64,000 bases of DNA. Origin: Nitrospirota bacterium. GTDB taxonomy: Bacteria; Nitrospirota; UBA9217. Shown one piece after another: positions 18,649-25,831 of this stretch. A program made the translations under genes and the position numbers. Numbering within the stretch: the first letter of the stretch is position 1; each line of letters begins with the position of its first letter. The notes beneath the pieces were generated by a model. That model was not told where the DNA came from. It made no database searches and saw nothing but the letters and a program-made list of their open reading frames with translations. The DNA lies in contig JAOUEV010000008.1 of assembly GCA_029858565.1 (NCBI GenBank), positions 2,003-66,002 on the forward strand. The letters run 5' to 3'.

Positions 18649-19170
18649 TTAAACGGTATTCGAAACCGGCTTACCCGTGTCCGGCGCGTCCGGTTTTCTT
18701 TCGCGTGCGCCGTCCTTTTTCCGCCTGACCATATTGTTCAATGTATGGATCACCTTCCGGGTTGTGACCGTATCCAGGAACCGAAGGTCTGAAACCTTGA
18801 AATGCCGATCTAAAAACGTGCGCAGGGCCTTTTCTCTTTTTTTATGATCCCTGATATCAACAGCATCACGCCAAAGGGCTTCGATCTTTCGGAGTTGAGA
18901 AGGCTGCGCCATATCTGCCCGATGACCAAGATTTTCAAACCGTTCTTTGCCCTCGAACTTATTCCACACGCCGCGCTCGATCGCGCTGTCTTCGAGTGCC
19001 GTAATGAGCGAGTTGGCTTGTTCGGATGTAAGCTGTTTTGAAGATGCCGCTTCAAAATTGATTGCGAGGGTACCCCGATACTCTTTTTCCGTCATCTTGA
19101 GGGCTGTTTTCAGCGTGTGAATTTTTTTGATCTGCCCTACGTCAATCATCTTATTTGCCGTGTTCAACAT
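18649..19170 (-). CDS. GemA / Mu gp16 family (DUF1018) protein
   Basis: QIKKIHTLKTALKM..YR..L..ASSKQLT and SQLRKIEALW..LRTFL..LRFL motifs. Confidence 0.82.
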   Translation of the reverse strand: MLNTANKMIDVGQIKKIHTLKTALKMTEKEYRGTLAINFEAASSKQLTSEQANSLITALEDSAIERGVWNKFEGKERFENLGHRADMAQPSQLRKIEALWRDAVDIRDHKKREKALRTFLDRHFKVSDLRFLDTVTTRKVIHTLNNMVRRKKDGARERKPDAPDTGKPVSNTV

Positions 19171-19501
19171 TGCCTGCTCCTTTCTCGTTCTTCTGAAACC
19201 AGTAACCTACTGTTCTGGGACATAGTCCAAGTCGCTTCGCTATTTTTTCGGCCGAAATCTTCGACTTTGTTCTGAGCCGCAATGCCAGCCGGTATGCATT
19301 AAGGTGAGGGGCAAGAACTCTAACAGTGTCTCCAGATGGTGTTTCCTGGAGCCAGTAACGAACTGTTCTTGGATTCATACCGATGCGTCGCGCTATTTCA
19401 ATTCCTGTTAACGCTTCACATTTCCTCAATCGCAAGGCTTCGAGATATTTGCTCTGGTGAGATAAATGAGCACGTATGTTACGCAGCCTGTCCTTTCTCA
19501 T
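19151..19501 (-). CDS. Tandem-HTH DNA-binding protein in the MuB position
   Basis: Two similar HTHs: GIEIARRIGMNPRTVRYW and AEKIAKRLGLCPRTVGYW; ATG 4 bp after the transposase stop. Confidence 0.7.
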   Translation of the reverse strand: MRKDRLRNIRAHLSHQSKYLEALRLRKCEALTGIEIARRIGMNPRTVRYWLQETPSGDTVRVLAPHLNAYRLALRLRTKSKISAEKIAKRLGLCPRTVGYWFQKNEKGAGNVEHGK

Positions 19502-19505
19502 GCGA

Positions 19506-22112
19506 TCAGTCCTCTTCAGAGAAAAAATATCCCGAGCCACGCTTAGTTAATACATAGCGTTCCGCTCCGACCTTTCGGAGTTTGATTCGCAGTCTTGTTA
19601 CGTGAACATCTATTGCCCGCAGCTCCATGGATAGGCCGTTTCGTGAGATGGCTTCCTTGATCGCGGCTCGTCCAAAAACTTTGCCTCGGTTTTCCATGAG
19701 AAGGCGAAGGAGTCTGAACTCCATGGGGAGGAGATCAACAATCTTGCCTTCAGCCACAACTCGCTCACGGTCCAGATCCATTAGTAGCGGGCCGGCGCTG
19801 ACTATTGATTTTTCAATAGCCGCGTTATATTCTTTCTTTTTCTCCAGGTAATCGGCCATGTCTCTTTGATATTGTGCTTCCGCATCTGCTTCATCACTCT
19901 CAAAAATGATAAGCGGTTTTTCCGGCCGAATCGGTCGTGAATCCTCCAGATATGAAATTTCCTGTAAAGTACTGTAGCCATCGGTGCCGGTTAGCTGCAT
20001 CTCGCGATCACGTCGAACGACTTCATCCATGGCAGTTTTTGCGAGACGAAGCACTTTGACTTTTTTCTTGTCGGTTGTCGTGCAACCGCGAGCAAGATTC
20101 ACTGCTACTATTCCTGCGGCAAGATGTTCTACGGTTTCAGATGGCGCAACGGCTCGATTGTCCTTCAAATATGATTTCGCGATTTTCCTTGTGCGGTGTT
20201 TATGGGCCAATGCTGCCTTGAGTTCCGCTCTTTCTATGTCCGTTTTAGCGAGCGCCTGGACTGCTCCCACCAAGTTGGCTTTCCCCAGGTACTCATCCGT
20301 TGTGGCATCAAAGACCCAAGCAGTCTGGTAGGCTTGCACATCCCGGCGTAAATAGACTTTGGTCCCTGTGAGGGCATACATGAATTCGCCAAAGTAAGTG
20401 ACCTGGAGTTCACTATCTCGCACGCCATTTCTGCCGATCGTGACTTCCTTACTGGTTCTCTGACAAAATAGTTTTAATGCATCGGCTCCGACCTTTCGCA
20501 TCTCCGATCGTTCAGCATTCCATACTTCATCCGGACATCTGCCCTGGAGCACCTTTCCATTTGACGGCATTTTATTAGCGACGGTCATGATATAGACATC
20601 CATCAACTTTAGATATTCGTCGTAGGAGAGAATGCGGCCGCTTTTAATTTCTCCGTCAAGGCTATCCGGTCTTTCGGTGACATTGCCGCCACGGTAGCCT
20701 GGCATGTGTTTGCTGAACCATTCCTTGTTGCGCAGAAAATCTCGTTCAATCGGTTTGGTCTGAGCATTGTATGGTAGTGCAAAATGAGGAGTGACGCCGA
20801 GAAGCGAAAGCATACTGGTCGTTTTCTTCTCGTCAACCGTCACCCGGCCGCGCTTCCGGCCTCCGGCAAAATCGCGCGATTTATAATCACGGCCATTGTC
20901 GATATAAAGCTCTTCCGGCAATCCGTTTTCTTTTACTGTGTAATAGAAGGATTGAAATATATGGTCGCTATTCGGCGGCTCAGGATGATGCAGCCAGCCA
21001 AGCCACTTGGAAGTTTTATAATCGCGCCATGCCGTGATCCATGGAAAACATGCCTTGCCGTTCGGCAGCATTACCGCGACATCGACTTGAGCGTGATCCC
21101 CTACAATGACTTGGCCGGGTTTTATCTGGCTGTAATCACGGTCCACATGCGATGCATATTTTCTATTCCAGGCCTCCGGACCAAAGCGAGCCAAAAAGAT
21201 TGAGCTTTTCGGTATTTCACGCTCGACGCGGCGAAGAAATGCGGACGGTGAGGGGAATCCTTCAAGTTGAAGCTGCGGATTGAGAGTCCGTGCATATCCG
21301 AGGGTACGAGTCCAACACGATTTAACGGAGGGCGCGCCTTCCTTCAGATATGCATTTTTGAAGTACTTATAATGGTCATCCTGCACTTTGCTGTTTCCGG
21401 CAGAATGACCGTATTTTGCGAGCAGTCCGGCAATGCCTTGCTCAGCATATTTATTTCGTGCATCGAGAACCGCGTCATAGGATGTTTTCAGGTCAGGCTG
21501 AGTGCCGTTCCACTCAGCTACAAATTGCCTGAGGCTTGCACCCTTGAGTCCAGCAGAGGCGCGAATGATTTGAAGATATTTATCAGCCTTCTGCCGAGCC
21601 CAGCCTGGCGCTGCCGCGTAGAGTTCACTCTCTATCTCTTCGTCGGTCATGGGCCGCAGCGCTGTGCCGATGTTTACGACTTCGCCTGTTGCGGTGTCGA
21701 TTAACTCGCCGCTTGCGATTTCTATATTCTTATTGGCATTCTCTGCGGTGATTGATAAAGAGTGCGCCGGTACAGAAGCAGATGGCACCTGACAAGGAGG
21801 AGGCTGCATCTGTACCGGCGCGAGTTGATCAGGGGTGCGGTCGCGAACCCGCTCCTGATCTATAGAAGATGCAACAGATGACCACAAAGGAGGTTTGTTT
21901 TCGCCATCTGTCACATCCATGCTGCCAGGTTGTAAGAAGAGTGCCTTGATGTCTTCGGCAAGACCATCAGTCTCAAATTCTTCGGCAACCTTATGGTTAA
22001 CGATTCTGGTACCGCACGACTGCCAACCTTCCTTTAGCTTGCGCTTTCGGATGGCATGCCAGGTGACGCCTTTTCGTTCGGCTATTTCTTTCAGTGTCGC
22101 CTTCATGCTCAT
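19506..22112 (-). CDS. MuA-like DDE transposase with C-terminal OmpR/PhoB-type winged-helix domain
   Basis: Mu-type N-terminal HTH (TLKEIAERKG..KEGW), catalytic D (GDHAQVD), D (IDNGRDY), E (KPIERDF), Mu-transposase C-terminal region, then EFRLLRLLMENRGKVF..IDVHVTRLR..TKRGSGY. Confidence 0.92.
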   Translation of the reverse strand: MSMKATLKEIAERKGVTWHAIRKRKLKEGWQSCGTRIVNHKVAEEFETDGLAEDIKALFLQPGSMDVTDGENKPPLWSSVASSIDQERVRDRTPDQLAPVQMQPPPCQVPSASVPAHSLSITAENANKNIEIASGELIDTATGEVVNIGTALRPMTDEEIESELYAAAPGWARQKADKYLQIIRASAGLKGASLRQFVAEWNGTQPDLKTSYDAVLDARNKYAEQGIAGLLAKYGHSAGNSKVQDDHYKYFKNAYLKEGAPSVKSCWTRTLGYARTLNPQLQLEGFPSPSAFLRRVEREIPKSSIFLARFGPEAWNRKYASHVDRDYSQIKPGQVIVGDHAQVDVAVMLPNGKACFPWITAWRDYKTSKWLGWLHHPEPPNSDHIFQSFYYTVKENGLPEELYIDNGRDYKSRDFAGGRKRGRVTVDEKKTTSMLSLLGVTPHFALPYNAQTKPIERDFLRNKEWFSKHMPGYRGGNVTERPDSLDGEIKSGRILSYDEYLKLMDVYIMTVANKMPSNGKVLQGRCPDEVWNAERSEMRKVGADALKLFCQRTSKEVTIGRNGVRDSELQVTYFGEFMYALTGTKVYLRRDVQAYQTAWVFDATTDEYLGKANLVGAVQALAKTDIERAELKAALAHKHRTRKIAKSYLKDNRAVAPSETVEHLAAGIVAVNLARGCTTTDKKKVKVLRLAKTAMDEVVRRDREMQLTGTDGYSTLQEISYLEDSRPIRPEKPLIIFESDEADAEAQYQRDMADYLEKKKEYNAAIEKSIVSAGPLLMDLDRERVVAEGKIVDLLPMEFRLLRLLMENRGKVFGRAAIKEAISRNGLSMELRAIDVHVTRLRIKLRKVGAERYVLTKRGSGYFFSEED

Positions 22113-22177
22113 CCTGTGTTTTAATAGTCGTTGCGTACTCGCTCAAAATACGATACAATCGTGTTCATTGCGGGCAA

Positions 22178-22426
22178 CTATGCCTTCTGTTGATTGCCAT
22201 CAGGCCACAGCTCGGAGATCCTCATCCGAAGTGCGGCCGCAATGGAGCGGCGTATTCGCTGCCCGCGCCTGCGCCCGTGAATAACAAAGGACACATATGC
22301 TTTTGTGACATGTTCTCTTTCTGCGATTTGGAGGCCAGTAACTCCCCTTAACACCATTATTGATTTTATGTTCCTCGCCCCCAGGACGCCGGAACGTGTG
22401 CTTTTTTTAAGTAGCTTTTTCGACAT
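22178..22426 (-). CDS. Ner/Cro-like HTH regulator
   Basis: 82 aa, IAAALRMRISELWP C-terminus resembles Mu Ner; lies between repressor and transposase. Confidence 0.75.
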   Translation of the reverse strand: MSKKLLKKSTRSGVLGARNIKSIMVLRGVTGLQIAEREHVTKAYVSFVIHGRRRGQRIRRSIAAALRMRISELWPDGNQQKA

Positions 22427-22477
22427 GTGTTTTTCCACCCTTGCTCCGTATGAATCGCTCCTGATGGCAATGTAGTA

Positions 22478-22548
22478 GTTAACCGATATACTATGGAATC
22501 TAACAACAAGCGGCTTGGGGTAAGCCACATTGTGTTAACCTGTATATC
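22478..22548. promoter_or_regulatory. Candidate operators in the divergent ner/repressor switch
   Basis: Direct repeat GTTAACC..TATA at 22478 and 22534. Confidence 0.4.
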
Positions 22549-22578
22549 ATGTTGTAGGTATGAATATAGTCACAAAAT

Positions 22579-23043
22579 ATGACAATGTCAACAACAAAAT
22601 TCATATTAACTGACATTATTAAACGCATCAAACAGCGCGAATTAATCCGCAGTGACGTTAAGGTCGCTGAATTACTAGGATTAGAGCGCACTGCATTTGC
22701 TGAGAGAAAGCGCAGGAATAGTATTCCGTACAAAGAATTAGTCATATATTGTGAACGAACCGGAACCAATATGCATTATCTTCTTACCGGAGAAGGTTTG
22801 GATATTAATGCTGCGCTTAGAACAGTTCCGTTAGAACTGCGAAATAAACAGCTGTACTACATTGGAAGATGGGTGGATGTGTTTTGGGAAAAAGCCACAG
22901 AAGAAGAGCGGGCATGGCTTTATGTGGAACTCCAAAGGGTATTCCCTGAATTTAAAAAATGGATACAGGAAGAAGAGGCAGAACTTGAAAGGTCTTTCAA
23001 TGAATTTTCGAACACTGAAAAACCGGAAGGTGGCGATCAATGA
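22579..23043 (+). CDS. Phage CI-type repressor (HTH)
   Basis: SDVKVAELLGL..RNSIPY..MHYLLTGEG, typical of the phage CI-repressor HTH family; divergent from ner. Confidence 0.82.
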   Translation: MTMSTTKFILTDIIKRIKQRELIRSDVKVAELLGLERTAFAERKRRNSIPYKELVIYCERTGTNMHYLLTGEGLDINAALRTVPLELRNKQLYYIGRWVDVFWEKATEEERAWLYVELQRVFPEFKKWIQEEEAELERSFNEFSNTEKPEGGDQ

Positions 23044-23666
23044 AGATAGTGATCTTCTGCATCATCACGACAATGTTTTTTTCGGGATGCGCGTCGAAGA
23101 GAACTTTCACTCAAGATGAATGGACCAGGATCACCACTCGGGAATATAGTGGTAGGTCAGCCACGGAAGTTTTTGATGCAATCGAAAAGGTTCTTCGCCT
23201 TGCCGATGAATCTGATGTGAAAATATACCGGTGGCCGGATCGCCTTATAGCAACGAGGTCATATCTTATCTACGCTGTGCTCGCAGCAACGAACGGACTA
23301 TATACATTCGACATTCATACAGTGCCAGGAGAATCAGGCACAAAAGTCGTTGCTATTATTACGCTCACCGCAGGAACAATAGCAGGAGCGCCGACAGCCT
23401 ACAATCCAACGATTATCACGACCCCTTCAGCGGGCGGCATGGTTATGGATAATCCGGAAACCTATGATCTGTTCTTCTCCCGAGTAAAGTATTTCCTCAA
23501 CGGGGGAGTCTGGGTAACCTGTGAGCGTGCCACAGAAATGTACCGAGATAGCCCATCCGGTGCACTCGATGGTTTATGTTTAATGAGTGATGATGACCTT
23601 CCGGAAGAAATGCGGCAGTCTACCGAAGGAAACAACTCCTGGCGATCTCGCCGCGCGCGTCGTTGA
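23040..23666 (+). CDS. Lipoprotein cargo, unknown function
   Basis: Signal peptide with lipobox FSG-C; overlaps the repressor stop by 4 bp. Confidence 0.75.
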   Translation: MKIVIFCIITTMFFSGCASKRTFTQDEWTRITTREYSGRSATEVFDAIEKVLRLADESDVKIYRWPDRLIATRSYLIYAVLAATNGLYTFDIHTVPGESGTKVVAIITLTAGTIAGAPTAYNPTIITTPSAGGMVMDNPETYDLFFSRVKYFLNGGVWVTCERATEMYRDSPSGALDGLCLMSDDDLPEEMRQSTEGNNSWRSRRARR

Positions 23667-23692
23667 TGTTTTAGTATTTAAAGGAGACATTC

Positions 23693-24007
23693 ATGGAACT
23701 GACAAAGCCAAGAGCGCAGGAGAAAAAGGTAAGAGATAAGATCATCGCAGCGCTACGAGAATATAGACCACAGGATGACATAGCTTTCTCAAAATTCACA
23801 AACGATAGAATCCCTGATGAGTTCTACCATAAAGAAATAACGAAAGCAGGGATTGAACAGGGATTAGAGTGTCTTCGTCTAATCAATAATATGAGCGGTC
23901 TCTCAGCAGGAGACTTTGATCTGCTCACGCTTTTGGAACACTACATTTTAAATCTTGATTCCCGCGATGCAATAAACAAGGTTCTCAATGCAAGGCGTGG
24001 ACGCTGA
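23693..24007 (+). CDS. Hypothetical cargo protein (104 aa)
   Basis: AAGGAG RBS; co-oriented with repressor and lipoprotein. Confidence 0.7.
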   Translation: MELTKPRAQEKKVRDKIIAALREYRPQDDIAFSKFTNDRIPDEFYHKEITKAGIEQGLECLRLINNMSGLSAGDFDLLTLLEHYILNLDSRDAINKVLNARRGR

Positions 24008-24114
24008 TTCTTTTTGGAACTGTGTACCTGGATCCCGACTGCTCATTACGCTTACATTCAGTGATGATCGTAGCGCCGCCTGCTCTCCCAGCCGATACCG
24101 TCCATATTCCTTGC

Positions 24115-24163
24115 AGGTTACATAGGTCACATAGGTTACAATGGGGCTATGTAACCAGTTACA
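24115..24163. repeat. Cluster of GTTACA/TGTAAC motifs
   Basis: AGGTTACAT-AGGTCACAT-AGGTTACAA (3 x 9 bp) then palindrome TGTAAC-CA-GTTACA. Confidence 0.8.
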
Positions 24164-24256
24164 AAGGTGAGTGCCGGAACAAGCGCGCTTAAATATTAAA
24201 AAGCCTTGCGTTAAACGATATTTAAACGGTCATCAAAATTTATCGCGCGATTTGAG

Positions 24257-24414
24257 AAAGTTGAAGACTGCCCGCGCAATAATGTAAAAAACGTGTACTT
24301 CCGGAAAAAAATGGCAAACTGATCCCGCCGCGTTTTTTTCTCGATTCCATCCTTAATATCAATACGTTATAAGCACACCTCCCTTTGTAACCAATAAAGA
24401 GAATTACCTGAAAA
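24257..24414 (-). repeat. Three putative transposase-binding sites (Mu L1/L2/L3-like), inverted relative to the left-end sites
   Basis: Reverse complement of 24308-24329 shares TCAGTTTGCCATTTT (15/15) with the second left site; 24257-24278 is 16/22 to the first left site; 24393-24414 is 12/22 to the second left site at the same offset from the terminus. Confidence 0.7.
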
Positions 24415-24420
24415 AGCATA

Positions 24421-24425
24421 GTAGA
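24421..24425. other. Right copy of target-site duplication GTAGA
   Basis: Matches 12601-12605 and is followed by the GGG completing the REP stem. Confidence 0.8.
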
Positions 24426-24446
24426 GGGCAGAAAATTTATCGTTGT

Positions 24447-24463
24447 TGTAATCTTCCTGTAAC
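24447..24463 (+). promoter_or_regulatory. Pho-box-like direct repeat in the pstS promoter
   Basis: TGTAAT (24447) and TGTAAC (24458) at 11-bp spacing about 55 bp upstream of the pstS ATG. Confidence 0.6.
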
Positions 24464-24515
24464 ATTCAGCGGTTATAACATTTCCATGATAAACTCATCA
24501 AGGAGGCATATACAT

Positions 24516-25523
24516 ATGAAGCATCTGTTGATCGCGATTGCGATTCTTTCGGCCTTAACCCTTTCCCCGGCAGCCCACGCCATCGAGACCCTGAACGGCG
24601 CTGGAGCCACGTTCCCCTATCCGGTCTACTCGGCCTGGGCCTATGACTACAGCAAGGTGGCGGGTATTCAGCTCAACTACCAGTCGATCGGTTCCGGCGG
24701 GGGTATCAAGCAGATCTCGGAGCGTACCGTGCATTTCGGCGCGTCCGACAAGCCGCTTACCCCCGAGGAACTTAAAAAGGACAACCTGCTCCAGTTCCCC
24801 GCGGTCATCGGCGGCGTGGTCCTGGTCGTGAACGTTCCGGGGGTGAAGTCCGGAGACCTGAAGCTTGATGGTTCCGCGACCTGCGGCATCTTCCTTGGGG
24901 AGATCAAGACCTGGAACGATCCCAGGATCAAGACCCTGAACCCGGGGCTCGGCCTGCCTGACTCGGCCATCACCGTGGTGCGCCGGTCCGACGGCTCCGG
25001 AACCACCTCCATATTCACCGACTATCTCACCAACGCCTGCCCGGCATGGAAAGCAAAGGTCGGCAGCGGCACCTCGGTCAACTGGCCCATAGGCATCGGC
25101 GGCAAAGGCAATGAAGGCGTGGCGAACTACGTGAAACGTTCGGCCAACTCCATCGGCTATGTGGAGTTCGCTTATGCAAAGCAGAACAAGATGGTCCACA
25201 CCAAGCTCAAGAACAAGGCCGGCTCGTTCGTTGAGCCGAACTTCGAGAGCTTCGAGGACGCGGCAAAGACCGGAGACTTTGATCCGAAAAAGGATTTTTT
25301 CCTCTGGCTCACCAACGCGCCGGGAAAGAACGCCTGGCCCATTGCCGGTGCGACCTTCATCCTGCTGGCCGGCGACAAGAAGGACGTGAACACCCGGGTT
25401 GTCAAGTTCTTTGACTGGGCATTCCAGAACGGCGATGCCAAGGCAAAGGAGCTGGTCTATGTGCCTCTGCCCAAGACGCTCAAGGACAAGGTGCGGCAGT
25501 ACTGGAAAATAAAGGGAATATAG
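24516..25523 (+). CDS. pstS: Phosphate ABC transporter substrate-binding protein
   Basis: GAGATFP, YQSIGSGGG, RSDGSGTT, IGYVE motifs; AAGGAGG RBS. Confidence 0.96.
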   Translation: MKHLLIAIAILSALTLSPAAHAIETLNGAGATFPYPVYSAWAYDYSKVAGIQLNYQSIGSGGGIKQISERTVHFGASDKPLTPEELKKDNLLQFPAVIGGVVLVVNVPGVKSGDLKLDGSATCGIFLGEIKTWNDPRIKTLNPGLGLPDSAITVVRRSDGSGTTSIFTDYLTNACPAWKAKVGSGTSVNWPIGIGGKGNEGVANYVKRSANSIGYVEFAYAKQNKMVHTKLKNKAGSFVEPNFESFEDAAKTGDFDPKKDFFLWLTNAPGKNAWPIAGATFILLAGDKKDVNTRVVKFFDWAFQNGDAKAKELVYVPLPKTLKDKVRQYWKIKGI

Positions 25524-25610
25524 AACCGACAATGGACAATAGCGACAGGTCGACAGCAAATCGACAACTGAAAAGGACGTTCTCGCGCTGAGGCGAACGT
25601 CAAACGATTA

Positions 25611-25767
25611 TCTCGCGCAAAGCCGCCAAGCCGCAAAGAAAGACCTATGCTTCGGTTTAAAAACGGACTTGGTAATTTCAGGTCGTCTTCGTAGAAGTAA
25701 AAAACGTATGTTGAGATTCCAGAACAAGATTCAGGTTTCCTTTGCGTCTTTGCGGCTTTGCGCGAGA
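25611..25767. repeat. REP-like inverted doublet (TCTCGCGCAAAGCCGC...GCGGCTTTGCGCGAGA) between pstS and pstC
   Basis: Inverted pair at 25611-25640 and 25740-25767; same family at 37859-37951. Confidence 0.7.
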
Positions 25768-25831
25768 CAGCCCTTGGCAGTTGATTTTCGCGCGGTCTTT
25801 GGTGAAACTGTTACAAGGATTTGAGGTCCCC

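Larger units (their letters stand above)
12606..24420. mobile_element. 11.8-kb Mu-like transposable element (mini-Mu / putative transposable phage satellite)
   Basis: 5-bp TSD, repeated 22-bp end sites in inverted orientation, MuA-like transposase, CI/Ner switch, GemA, Mor, tape measure gene; visibly more AT-rich than host. Confidence 0.88.

Noticed and set aside
12612-24278. Alternative canonical ends TGCGCG...CGCGCA with flanks ATAAC/ATAAT
   Set aside because: The TSD would be imperfect (4/5), the best-matching end site (24308-24329) would fall outside the element, and the REP hairpin would not be restored. It is better read as internal binding sites, but is not fully excluded.
12606-24420. 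Tn7-like or CRISPR-associated transposon, or an integrase-type prophage
   Set aside because: No TnsA, TnsC, TniQ, Cas, tyrosine or serine recombinase and no att-core repeat were seen; gene order follows Mu (c, ner, A, gemA, mor)
25527-25566. Second CGACA cluster after pstS as a Pho box
   Set aside because: Spacing is irregular (7, 9, 8, 11) and it lies downstream of the gene; more likely a genome-typical short repeat
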